A model generated the notes under the pieces. That model was not told where the DNA came from, did no database searches, and saw only the letters and a program-made list of their open reading frames with translations. The position numbers and the translations under genes are program-made. Positions 39,674 through 49,559 of a stretch of DNA of 64,000 nucleotides are shown in pieces. Numbering within the stretch: position 1 is the stretch's first letter; each line of letters starts with the position of its first letter. The stretch is from an uncultured Chloroflexia bacterium. GTDB lineage: Bacteria; Chloroflexota; Limnocylindria; Limnocylindrales; CSP1-4. The DNA is taken from contig CAVRFU010000011.1 in the NCBI GenBank assembly GCA_963720495.1, positions 246 to 64,245 of the forward strand. Direction: 5' to 3'.

Positions 39674-41376
39674 GTGAGAACGCTGTTCAGGCACCCGCGT
39701 CGGGTCTGGCGCGTCCTCATCGTCCTGTTCTCGTTCCTTGTCGCCCCGGCCCTCCACCTGCCGGGGTCCGACCGGCGCCCCGGCCCGGTGCGGCTGCGCC
39801 TCGCGTTCGAGCGCCTGGGCGGCGCCTGGATCAAGCTCGGCCAGATGCTGGCCCTGCGGTTCGACCTGCTGCCGGCGGCGTATTGCGACGAGCTCTTCCG
39901 GCTGCTGAACCAGGTCGAGCCGTTCTCGTACGACGAGGTCCGCGCGATCGTCTTCCAGGAGCTCGGGGCGGACCCGGAGATCATCTTCCGGTCCTTCAGC
40001 CACGAGTCGTTCGCGGCCGCCTCGATCGGCCAGGTCCACCGGGCCGTCCTCCACAGCGGCGAGGCGGTGGCGGTGAAGGTCCAGCGGCCCGGGATCCGGA
40101 CGACTCTCGCCGCGGACATCGCGCTGATGTACTCGACCACCCGGATCCTGGACTGGAGCCACGTCTTCGGGGCGACCCGCAGCCGGGAGGTCATCGACGA
40201 GTTCGCGCGTTGGACGGCGGACGAGCTTGACTACCTCGTCGAAGCGCGCCAGGCCGTGCTGCTCTACCAGAACGCGCAGGGCGACAAGGTCGAGCAGATC
40301 GCCCGGGTCCATCGCGACTACACCACGTCGCGCGTGCTCACCACCGAGCTCATCGTCGGTATCCCGCTGATCGACATCATGATCGCCAAGCGGGAGGGCA
40401 ACACTGCCTATCTCGAGGCGCTCGCTGCGCGCGGCCACGACCTGGACCGGATCGTGCGCAACCTCGACTGGAACATGCTCAACCAGGTCTACGTGTTCGG
40501 CTACTTCCACGCCGACCTGCACCCGGCCAACCTGTTCGTCCTGCCGGGCGACGCGATCGGCTACGTCGACTTCGGGATCGTCGGCCAGCTGCCGAACCAG
40601 GTCCGCGACTCCCTGACCCGCTACAGCTGGCTGCTCTTCCGGGGCGAGGTCGAGTCGGCCGTCCTGGAGCTCATGCGCTGGCTGGCGCCGGGTCCGGAGA
40701 CGGATGTCGCGACCACCCGGTGGCAGCTGATCCGCGTCCACCAGGCATTCCTGTACGACACGGTCGCGGATCGGCAGCGGACGACGACGGAGGCACCGGG
40801 CCCCGCCCAGCACGCGGAGAACCCGTACTCGAAGCTGGCCGTCGACATCCTCGACACGATCCGCACGCAACAGCTGACGATGTCGGCGAGCATCGTCGGC
40901 TACCTCAAGATGCTGGTCACGCTCGGCACGCTGCGCCATTCGCTGGCGGTCGACTACGACCTGCAGGTCAACGTCCGGCGCTTCGTCCGCCGCCTGGCGC
41001 GCCAGCAGGGACTCGCGCTGCTGGACCCGCGTCGCACGTTCGACCGGCTGTACGCGGCACCGGGCGCGTCCAGCGGGCGCTCCAGTTCCTGGAGTTCATC
41101 GAGGCCCAGGAGCCGGTCATCACCGAGGCCACGAGCATGCTGTTCGGCTACCGGAACAGGATCAGGCGGGTCAAGGCGCGCCTGATCGGCTTCGGGACGG
41201 CCGTGCTGGTCGTCGGTGGCCTGCTGTACCTGGTCCTCGTCTTCCCCGACGACACCCGGCGGATCCTGCCGCACGAGATGGACTACACGTGGTTCCAGCT
41301 CGGCCTGCTCGCTGTGCTCCTCGTCCTCATCGTCAATCTCATCCGGAACATGCGCAGCATGGGCGGCGACGATTAG
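39674..41376 (+). pseudogene. ABC1/UbiB-family atypical kinase, frame broken near 41057-41062
   Basis: LGGAWIKLGQMLALRFDLLP, AAASIGQVHRA, VAVKVQRPG, FHADLHPANLFV, VDFGIVG in ORF 39674..41185 up to ...FDRLYAA. The C-terminal TM region (RVQRALQFLEFIE...LLYLVLVFP...LLAVLLVLIVNLI) is ORF 40720..41376 in frame -1. Confidence 0.8.
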
Positions 41377-41484
41377 CCCGAGCCGGCACCCGGCCCGGCC
41401 CGCTCCGGGGCTTCCCGCTAGAGTTGGACCGGTGGTCGACCGTCGCCGGCGCGGCGGGTCACGACACCACCCTGGGAGGCCTGC

Positions 41485-43050
41485 GTGACGGATATGGAGA
41501 CGCCCGCGGGCGAGGGACTGCGGCGACGCCGCGGCGGTGGCCGGGAGGGCCACGCCCGGAACGCGCTGCCGCAGCAGCCGCCGTGGGCCCAGCCCCGGAT
41601 GCGCTACCGCCCGACCGAGGTCGTGTCGGCCGACGAGCTGGAGGCCATCCACATCGGCTCGCTCCGCGTCCTGTCCGAGATCGGCATGGACTTCCTCGAT
41701 GCGGAGGCGCGCGAGGTCCTGCGGGCGGCCGGCGCCCAGACCACCGAGGGCTCGCTGCGCGTGCGGTTCGACCCGGACATGGTCACCGAGCTCATCAAGA
41801 CCGCTCCGGCGACGTTCACCCTGCACGCCTGGAACCCGGAGCACGACCTGGAGCTCGGCGGCGACTGGGTGGCGTTCGGGACGGTCGGCAGCCCACCCAA
41901 CGTCGCCGACCTCGACCACGGCCGGCGGATCGGCAACCGCGCCGACTACCAGAACCTGCTCCGCCTGGGCCAGTCGCTCAACTCGGTCCACTTCCTGGCC
42001 GGCTACCCGGTCGAGCCGGTCGACATCCACCATGGCGTCCGCCACCTCCACGCCACCTTCGACGCGCTGACGCTGATGGACAAGCCGATCCACGCCTACA
42101 GCCTCGGTCGCCAGCGCAACATCGACACCCTCGAGATGGTCCGGATCGCGCGCGGCATCGACGCCGAGCAGCTCGATCGCGAGCCGTCGATCTTCACCGT
42201 CGTCAACTCGAGCTCGCCGCTCCGGCTGGACGCCCCGATGCTCCAGGGGATCATGGAGTTCTCGGCCCACAACCAGGCCGTGTGCATCACGCCGTTCACG
42301 CTGTCCGGCGCGATGGCGCCGGTCACCCTGGCCGGCGCGCTGGCGGAGCAGAACGCCGAGGCGCTGGCCGGGATGGTCCTGACCCAGGCGGTCCGGCCCG
42401 GGGCGCCGGTGATCTACGGCGGCTTCACCTCGAACGTCGACATGCAGTCGGGCGCGCCGGCGTTCGGGACGCCGGAGTACATGCGGACCGCGATGATCGG
42501 CGGCCAGCTGGCGCGCCGCTACGGCGTCCCGTACCGCTCGTCGAACGTCAACGCGGCCAACGCGCTCGACGCCCAGGCGGCCTACGAGTCGGTCTTCTCG
42601 CTGTGGGGCGCGATCCAGGGCGGGGTCAACCTGCTGATGCACGGGGCGGGCTGGATGGAGGGCGGGCTCCACGCCAGCTACGAGAAGATGATCCTCGACG
42701 CCGAGCTGCTCGGGATGGTCGCCGCGTTCCTCGAGCCGGTCGTCGTGGACGAGGAGACGCTCGCCTTCTCGGCGATGCAGGAGGTCGGCCCGGGCGGCCA
42801 CTTCTTCGGCGCCGAGCACACCCAGTCGCGCTACCGGACCGCGTTCCACAAGCCGATGCTCAGCGACTGGCGCAACTACGAGACCTGGCAGGAGGCGGGC
42901 TCGCCCGAGCTGCCCGCCAAGGCCAACCGGATCTGGAAGGAACTGCTGGCGGCGTACGAGCCGCCGCCCATGGACCCCGCCGTCGCCGAGGAGCTGGAGG
43001 CGTTCGTCGCCCGGCGCGTGGCGGAGGGCGGCGTCCCGACCGACTACTGA
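41485..43050 (+). CDS. MttB-family methyltransferase, non-pyrrolysine type, paralog 2
   Basis: 521 aa with no internal stop. GGGAGG 5 nt upstream of GTG 41485. Same conserved blocks as paralog 1. Confidence 0.9.
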   Translation: MTDMETPAGEGLRRRRGGGREGHARNALPQQPPWAQPRMRYRPTEVVSADELEAIHIGSLRVLSEIGMDFLDAEAREVLRAAGAQTTEGSLRVRFDPDMVTELIKTAPATFTLHAWNPEHDLELGGDWVAFGTVGSPPNVADLDHGRRIGNRADYQNLLRLGQSLNSVHFLAGYPVEPVDIHHGVRHLHATFDALTLMDKPIHAYSLGRQRNIDTLEMVRIARGIDAEQLDREPSIFTVVNSSSPLRLDAPMLQGIMEFSAHNQAVCITPFTLSGAMAPVTLAGALAEQNAEALAGMVLTQAVRPGAPVIYGGFTSNVDMQSGAPAFGTPEYMRTAMIGGQLARRYGVPYRSSNVNAANALDAQAAYESVFSLWGAIQGGVNLLMHGAGWMEGGLHASYEKMILDAELLGMVAAFLEPVVVDEETLAFSAMQEVGPGGHFFGAEHTQSRYRTAFHKPMLSDWRNYETWQEAGSPELPAKANRIWKELLAAYEPPPMDPAVAEELEAFVARRVAEGGVPTDY

Positions 43051-43064
43051 GAGGGACCGAGCGG

Positions 43065-45525
43065 ATGAAGAACGAGTTCCAGGCCGTCGTCATCGGTGGT
43101 GGCGTCGTCGGGGCGAGCGTCCTGTACCACCTGACGAAGGCGGGCTGGAAGGACGTCGTCCTGCTCGAGCGTCGCGAGCTCACGGCCGGCTCCACCTGGC
43201 ACGCGGCCGGCGGCATGCACACGCTCAACGGCGACCCGAACGTCGCGCGCCTCCAGCAGTACACGATCAACCTCTACCAGGAGATCGAGAAGGTCTCCGG
43301 CCAGAGCTGCTCGATCCACCTGTGCGGCGGGCTGATGCTGGCCGACACCGAGGAGCGGATGGACTTCCTCCGGATGGCCGTCGCGCGGGGCCGCTACCTC
43401 GGGATGGAGCTCGAGATGATCACGCCCTCGGAGGCGCGGGACATCTTCCCGGTCATGGATCCGCAGTACTTCGTGGGCGCGCTGTACGACCGCGTCGAGG
43501 GCCACGTCGACCCGACGGGCGTCACCCAGGCGTACGTGAAGTGCGCCCAGATGGCCGGCGCGGAGGTGCGCCTCCACACGCTCGTCACGGGGCTGTCGCA
43601 GCGTCCGGACGAGACGTGGGACGTCCAGATCGAGGGCGGCGACCCGATCCACGCCGAGCACGTCGTCAACGCCGGCGGCCTGTGGGCCCGCGAGGTCGGC
43701 CGGATGGTCGGTCTCGAGCTGCCGGTCCTGGCCATGGAGCACCAGTACGTGCTCACCGCGGACGTGCCGGAGATCAAGGCCTTCAACGAGTCGACCGGCA
43801 AGGAGCTGCCGATGACCATCGACTTCGGCGGCGAGATCTACGTCCGCCAGGAAGGCGGCGGGATGCTCCTCGGCACCTACGAGCAGGACGCCAGGCCGTG
43901 GTCGCCCAAGGTGACGCCCTGGGACTTCGGGTCGCAGCTCCTCAAGCCGGACCTGGACCGGATCACGCCCGAGATGTCCGTCGCCTCGAAGCACATCCCG
44001 TCGATGGCGACGGTCGGGATCAAGCAGGTCGTCAACGGGCCGTTCACGTTCGCCCCGGACGGCAACCCGCTGGTCGGGCCGATCCGCGGGCTCCGGAACT
44101 ACTGGCTCGCGTGCGGGGTCATGGCCGGCCTGTCGCAGGGCGGCGGCGTGGGGCTCGCGCTGGCGGCCTGGATGTCGGCCGGCGACGCGGGCGATTCGGG
44201 GATGGACATCTTCGGCATGGACATCGCCCGGTTCGGCGACTACGCCAAGCTGGCGTACACGAACGCGAAGGTCCAGGAGAACTACAAGCGCCGCTTCCAG
44301 ATCACCTTCCCGAACGAGGAGCTGCCCGCCGCGCGGCCGCTCCGGACCACGCCGATCTACGACCGGTTGACGGCCGCCAACGCGGTCTGGGGCGCGTCGC
44401 TCGGTCTGGAGCATGCGCTCTGGTTCCAGGAGGCCGGTCTCGAGCCGAAGGAGGACGTGACCTTCCGTCGGTCGAACGCGTGGGAGTGCGTGGCCGGCGA
44501 GGTCGCGGCGGTGCGCGAGCGAGTCGGCGTCACGGAGATCTCCAACTACGCCAAGTACCGGGTGACCGGGCCGGGGGCGGAAGCCTGGCTGTCGTCCCTC
44601 CTGACCGCGCGGATGCCGCGGCCGGGCCGGATCGTCCTGACCGCGATGCTCAACGAGGCCGGCCGGATCGTCGGCGAGTTCACGGTCGCGCGGCCGACCG
44701 AGGACGACGAGTACTACCTGTTCGGCTCGCTCGCCGCCGAGGTCCACCACGCGCGCTGGTTCGCCGCCCACCTGCCGGCGGACGGGTCCGTGACGTTCGA
44801 GGTGCTGGGCCTGTCGCTCGTCGGCCTGTCCATCGCCGGCCCGCATGCCCGGGACGTCCTGGCCGCGCTCACGGACGAGGACCTGTCCACCGCGGCGTTC
44901 CGGTTCATGGACTTCCGGCGGATCGAGGTCGGGATCGTCCCGGCGCTCGTCGGCCGGATCAACTACAGCGGCGAGCTCGGCTACGAGCTGTGGGTCGCGC
45001 CGGAATACCAGGAGGCGCTGTTCGACCGGATCATGAGCCGCTGGCGAGGAGCACGGGATCCGGCTCTTCGGGTTCCGGGCCCTGATGTCGTTGCGGCTCG
45101 AGAAGAGCTACGGCACCTGGTATCGCGAGTACCGCCCGATCTACACGCTCCACGAGGCAGGCCTCCAGCGCTACGTGAAGCTCGACCACGAGTTCATCGG
45201 CCGGGCGGCGTACGAGAAGGAGGCCGAGACCGGCCCCGAGCGCCGGCTGGTCACTCTCGTGGTGGAGCCCGACCCGGACGCACCGGCGGACGTGATCGGG
45301 GACGAGCCGATCTGGCACGACGGCGAGGTCGTCGGCTGGGTCACCTCCGGGAGCTACGGCCACCACGTCGGGAAGTCGATCGCGCTCGGGTACGTGCCGA
45401 CCGCGCTCGCCTCGCCGGACGCCGGGGACGGCCGTTTCGAGATCGAGATCATCGGCCGGCGCCGGCCGGCCCGGCTCCAGCCCGAGCCGCTGTTCGACCC
45501 CGAGGGCCTCCGGATGCGCCAGTGA
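43065..45525 (+). pseudogene. dimethylglycine/sarcosine dehydrogenase-like FAD oxidoreductase fused to a GcvT folate-binding domain, frame broken near 45033-45037
   Basis: VVIGGGVVGASVLYHL, STWHAAGG (covalent-FAD His motif), then the GcvT region up to ...EALFDRIM in the frame of ORF 41289..45830. The continuation AAGEEHGIRLFGFRALMSLRLEKSYGTWYREY... is in frame +1 (ORF 45085..45525). Confidence 0.85.
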
Positions 45526-47747
45526 GCGAGGTCACGACGGAGGCACCCCCGGCGCTCGCCGGCGCGGCGGCGGGCGGATCGTCGTCGACGGGCGGCCGGT
45601 CGCGTTCGAGGCGGGCGACACGGTCGCGATCGCGATCCTGCGCGGCGGCGAGGTCCCCGGGCGGGGCGGCACGCTGTGCCTTGCCGGCGATTGCGGCAAC
45701 TGTCTCGCCGAGGTCGACGGCACGGCCTACGTCCGGACGTGCCAGACCGCCGCCCGCCCCGGACTGCGGGTCGCCCGGCATCCGGTCGATTCGATGCCGG
45801 CACTCCCCGTGGTGGCCGCCACGGATCTGACCGCCGACGCCCCTCCCGGTCACCGTCGAGCTGCACCATCTCGAGGTGGACGTCGCGGTCATCGGCGGCG
45901 GCTCGAGCGGGCTCGCCGCGGCCGCCGAGGCGGAGCGGGCGGGCAAGTCCGTCCGCGTCCTCGACGCCCATGCCGGCGAGGAGGTCGTCGCGATCTACGC
46001 CGGGCCGATGATCGTCGTCCGCACGACCCACGGCATGCTCCACGTCCATCCGGGCGAGATCGTGGTCGCGACGGGCGCCGCCGAGATCCATCCGGTCGTG
46101 CCCGGGCAATCGCCTGGCGGGGATCGTCACGGCGCGGGCCGCGGAGCAGCTGCGGACCGCCGGCGTGGACCTGGGCCGGGTGGTCGCGGTGGACCACGAC
46201 CTCGTGCGGTTCGAGGGCGACGGTGGGCGCGTCCGGGCTGTCGTGACGGCGGACGCGACGGGCGTCGAGACCACGACGCCGGCCGACACGGTGCGGTCGA
46301 CCTCGGCCTGGCGCCACGCGATCTCCTCGCGCGGATGGCCGGTGCCGTGCCGGTGAGCGTCGTCGGCGACGCGGCCGCCGACCAGCCGCTTCCCCCGCCA
46401 CCGACCGAGGGCGTGGTGTGCGGCTGCATGGGCACGACGGTCGCCGACCTCGGTGCCGCCTGGGATCGCGGCTTCACCGAGCTCGAGCTGCTCAAGCGCG
46501 CCAGCCAGGCGTGTCTCGGCCCGTGCCAGGGCGGCGCGTGCCTGCCCCAGGTCCGATCGTGGATCGCCGCGCGGACGGGTGAGGTCCCCGATCCGTTCAC
46601 CGCGCGGCCCGCGTCCCGCCAGATCACCCTCGCCGAGGCCGGCGCGGACGGCTACGTCGACGCGTTCCGGCGGACGCCGCTCCACGACGAGCACCTGGCG
46701 CTCGGGGCGCGGATGGACCGGTTCGGTGGCTGGTGGCGGCCGTGGCACTACGGCGACGCGGTCTCCGAATACTGGGCGGTCCGCGAGGGCGTCTCGATCG
46801 GCGACGTGTCGACGCTCGGCAAGCTGGTCGTCTCGGGCCCGGACGTCGTGGAGCTGCTCGAGCGGATCTACCCGTGCACCGTGGCGGACATCAAGCCCGG
46901 CCGGTCGCGCTACGCCCTGCTGCTCAACGAGCGCGGCCACGTCATGGACGACGGGATGATCCTGCGCGAGAGCGAGACCCGGTTCGTGCTGTCGTTCACG
47001 TCCGGCGGCGCGGCCAACGCGGAGATGTGGCTGCGCGACTGGATCGAGGTCTGGGGCCTCCGCGTCCACGTGCTGGACCGGACGATGTCGCTGGCCGCGA
47101 TCAACGTCACGGGACCGCTGGCCGGGGCCTTGCTGCAACGCGCCGGGCTGGCCGACCCGCCGCGCTTCCTCGGCCACGTCCACGCCGACGTCGCCGGGGT
47201 GCCGTGCCACGTCATGCGCCTGTCGTTCACCGGCGAAGCCGCCTTCGAGCTCCACCACCCGGTCGACCGGTCGGTCGAGCTGTGGCGCGCGCTGCTGGAC
47301 CTCGGCGCCGACCTCGGGATCCGGCCGCACGGCCTCCAGGCGCTGTTCGGGCTGCGGCTGGAGAAGGGCCACGTGATCATCGGCATGGACACCGAGCTCG
47401 ACACGACGCCGCGCCGGCTCGGGATGGACTGGGCGGTCCGGATGGAGAAGCCGCGGTTCATCGGCCGGGCGTCGCTGGAGCGGACCGCGAAGCTGCCCGA
47501 CCACCGCCGCTGGGTCGGCTTCACGATGCCCGGCGTCGCGCCGGCCGAGGGCGCGCCGATCTGGTCCGGCGGCGAGGTCGTCGGCAACGTGACCGGCAGC
47601 TGGACGTCTCCGCTCCTCGGTCAGGCGCTGATGCTCGGCTGGCTCCGGCGGACGCCGTTCCCGGAGCGCGTCGAGATCGACGGTCGCGAGGCCGTCGTCA
47701 CGTCCACGCCGTTCTACGACCCGGAGGGCCACCGTGCCCGCGCTTGA
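45522..47747 (+). pseudogene. soxA: sarcosine oxidase alpha-subunit-like protein with an N-terminal 2Fe-2S-type module, four frame breaks
   Basis: GTG 45522 (GTGA overlap). RIVVDGRPVAFEAGDTVAIAIL...CLAGDCGNCLAEVDGTAYVRTC reads in frame -1 (about 45575-45848). VDVAVIGGGSSGLAAAAEA returns to frame 0. NRLAGIVTARAAEQLRTAGVDLGRVVAVDHDLVRFEGDGGRV reads in frame +1 (46105-46293). The GcvT-like C-terminus is in frame 0 to 47747. Confidence 0.75.
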
Positions 47748-48108
47748 GCCGTTGCGCGGGCTGCGCGTGGTCGCGGACCCGGCCGCCCTCGACGGCGCCC
47801 GCTGGCACGGCCCGGACGTGACCGTGCTCCGGCTCGCACCCGACGACGCCTTCGCCATCGGCGCCGAGACCGTCGACATCGACGACGAGCACGCGATCGT
47901 CGAACCGGAGGCCGGGTTCGCCGGCGTCTGGCTCCCGGTCGAGGTCATCGCGCACCACCTCGAGTGGCCGCTCCCGGCCGAGCGTCCCGCCCTCGCCCAG
48001 GGGTTCGTGGCGACCGTCCCGGCCAAGGTCTGGCTGCCCGACGACGGCGAGGCGTTGCTCCTCACGGCCGCCGCCTACGCGGACGAGCTAGCGGGGCGAC
48101 TCCGATGA
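47734..48108 (+). CDS. soxG: short sarcosine oxidase gamma-subunit-like protein
   Basis: The assignment rests on position (overlaps the soxA stop, ATGA overlap with soxB) and weak SoxG-like C-terminal similarity (QGFVATVPAKVWLPDDGEALLLTAAAYADELAGRL). It is shorter than the roughly 200 aa I recall for SoxG. Confidence 0.45.
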   Translation: MPALEPLRGLRVVADPAALDGARWHGPDVTVLRLAPDDAFAIGAETVDIDDEHAIVEPEAGFAGVWLPVEVIAHHLEWPLPAERPALAQGFVATVPAKVWLPDDGEALLLTAAAYADELAGRLR

Positions 48109-49314
48109 GCGCCTACACGGACACGCTGCCGGCCCTCCGCCGGTACGAGCCGAAGTCGAGCTACGACGTCGTCATCGTGGGCGCCGGCGGGCACGGCCTG
48201 TCGACCGCGTACTACCTCGCGACGCGCCACGGGATCACCAACGTGGCCGTCGTGGAGGCCGACTACCTCGCATCCGGCAACACCGGTCGCAACACCACCA
48301 TCATCCGGGCCAACTACGGCATCCCCGAGGCGGTCCGGTTCTACCAGCATTCGCTCGAGATGTACCAGGGCCTCGAGGCGGAGACGGGTGCCGCGATCCT
48401 CCACCAGACCAAGGGCATCTTCTGGGTCGCCCACACGGAGATGGCGATGCGCACCGAGCGCGCCCGGGTGGCCATGAACACGGCCTGCGGCGCGAAGACC
48501 GTGATGGTCAGCCCGGCCGAGCTCAAGGAGCTGGTCCCGCAGGTGGACCTGACAGGCGGCGGACGTTACCCGGTCCTGGGCGCCTCGCACCATCTCGAGG
48601 CCGCGACCGCCCGGCACGACCGGGTGGCCTGGGCGTTCGCCGCCGGCGCGTCGCAGCGCGGCGTCCACCTCATCGAGCACACGCCGGTGACCGGCCTGCT
48701 CCGCGACGGGGACCGGGTCGTGGGCGTGGAGACGACCCGCGGTCCGATCGCGGCCGGCGTCGTCCTGCTCGGCGGTCGGTGGCCGGGTGACGAAGATGGC
48801 GGCCCACGCCGGCGTCCGGCTGCCGATCCGGACCCACCCGCTCCATGCCTTCGTGACCGACGACTACGCGCAGGGCTTCTCGCCGATCCTCGCGAGCACG
48901 GAGCTGTCCTGCTACGTCTCGCAGACGGAGCGCGGCCAGATGCTGATCGGCGCCGAGTTCGACTCGCAGCCGTCGTATTCGCGCCAGTCGTCCTTTGCCG
49001 CGCTGCGGAGCTATTCGTACAAGATCACCCGGCTGCTGCCGTTCCTGCGCGAGCTCCGGATCCTGCGGACCTGGGCGGGCATCTGCGACATCTCCGCGGA
49101 CTACTCGCCGATCATGGGCGCGACCGGCGTGGACGGCTTCCTGGTCACGACCGGGTGGGGGACCTGGGGCTTCAAGGCGATGCCGGCCGGTGGCGAGGGC
49201 ATGGCCGAGCTCATCGCGACGGGCCGGCCCTCGGCCCTCATCGCCCCGTTCAGCCTGGACCGCTTCCGGCGCGACCACGTCCTGGCCGACCAGGGCTCGG
49301 CGGGGACGCGCTGA
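48105..49314 (+). pseudogene. soxB: sarcosine oxidase beta subunit, frame broken near 48765-48770
   Basis: YDVVIVGAGGHGLSTAYYLA, SGNTGRNTTIIR ... GPIAAGVVL in the frame of ORF 47964..49559. The continuation SAVGGRVTKMAAHAGVRLPIRTHPLHAFVT...GWGTWGFK is in frame +1 (ORF 48787..49314). Confidence 0.85.
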
Positions 49315-49559
49315 TGCTCTGGCTCGATTGCCCGCGGTGTGGCCGGCGGCCACTCGAGGAGTTCACGTTCGGCGGTGAGCGGCGACCCGTGCCCGACACG
49401 ATCACCGATCCCGACGAACGCGACTTCGACGAGGTCTGGATCTTCGACAACCCCGACGGCGAGACGACCGAGCGCTGGTTCCACGCCGCCGGCTGCCGGC
49501 GCTGGCTGACGGTCCGGCGCGACACCTCGACCGACACGGTGCTGGAGGTGCTGGCATGA
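49314..49559 (+). CDS. soxD: sarcosine oxidase delta subunit
   Basis: MLWLDCPRCGRRPLEEFTFGGE...WFHAAGCRRW with the zinc-binding Cys pattern of SoxD. TGATG overlap with soxB. Confidence 0.8.
   Translation: MLWLDCPRCGRRPLEEFTFGGERRPVPDTITDPDERDFDEVWIFDNPDGETTERWFHAAGCRRWLTVRRDTSTDTVLEVLA

Noticed and set aside
30339-43050. Possible in-frame amber (pyrrolysine) codon in the MttB genes
   Set aside because: Both MttB-family ORFs are uninterrupted from start to stop, and no pylTSBCD-like genes are visible. They therefore belong to the non-Pyl branch of the superfamily.
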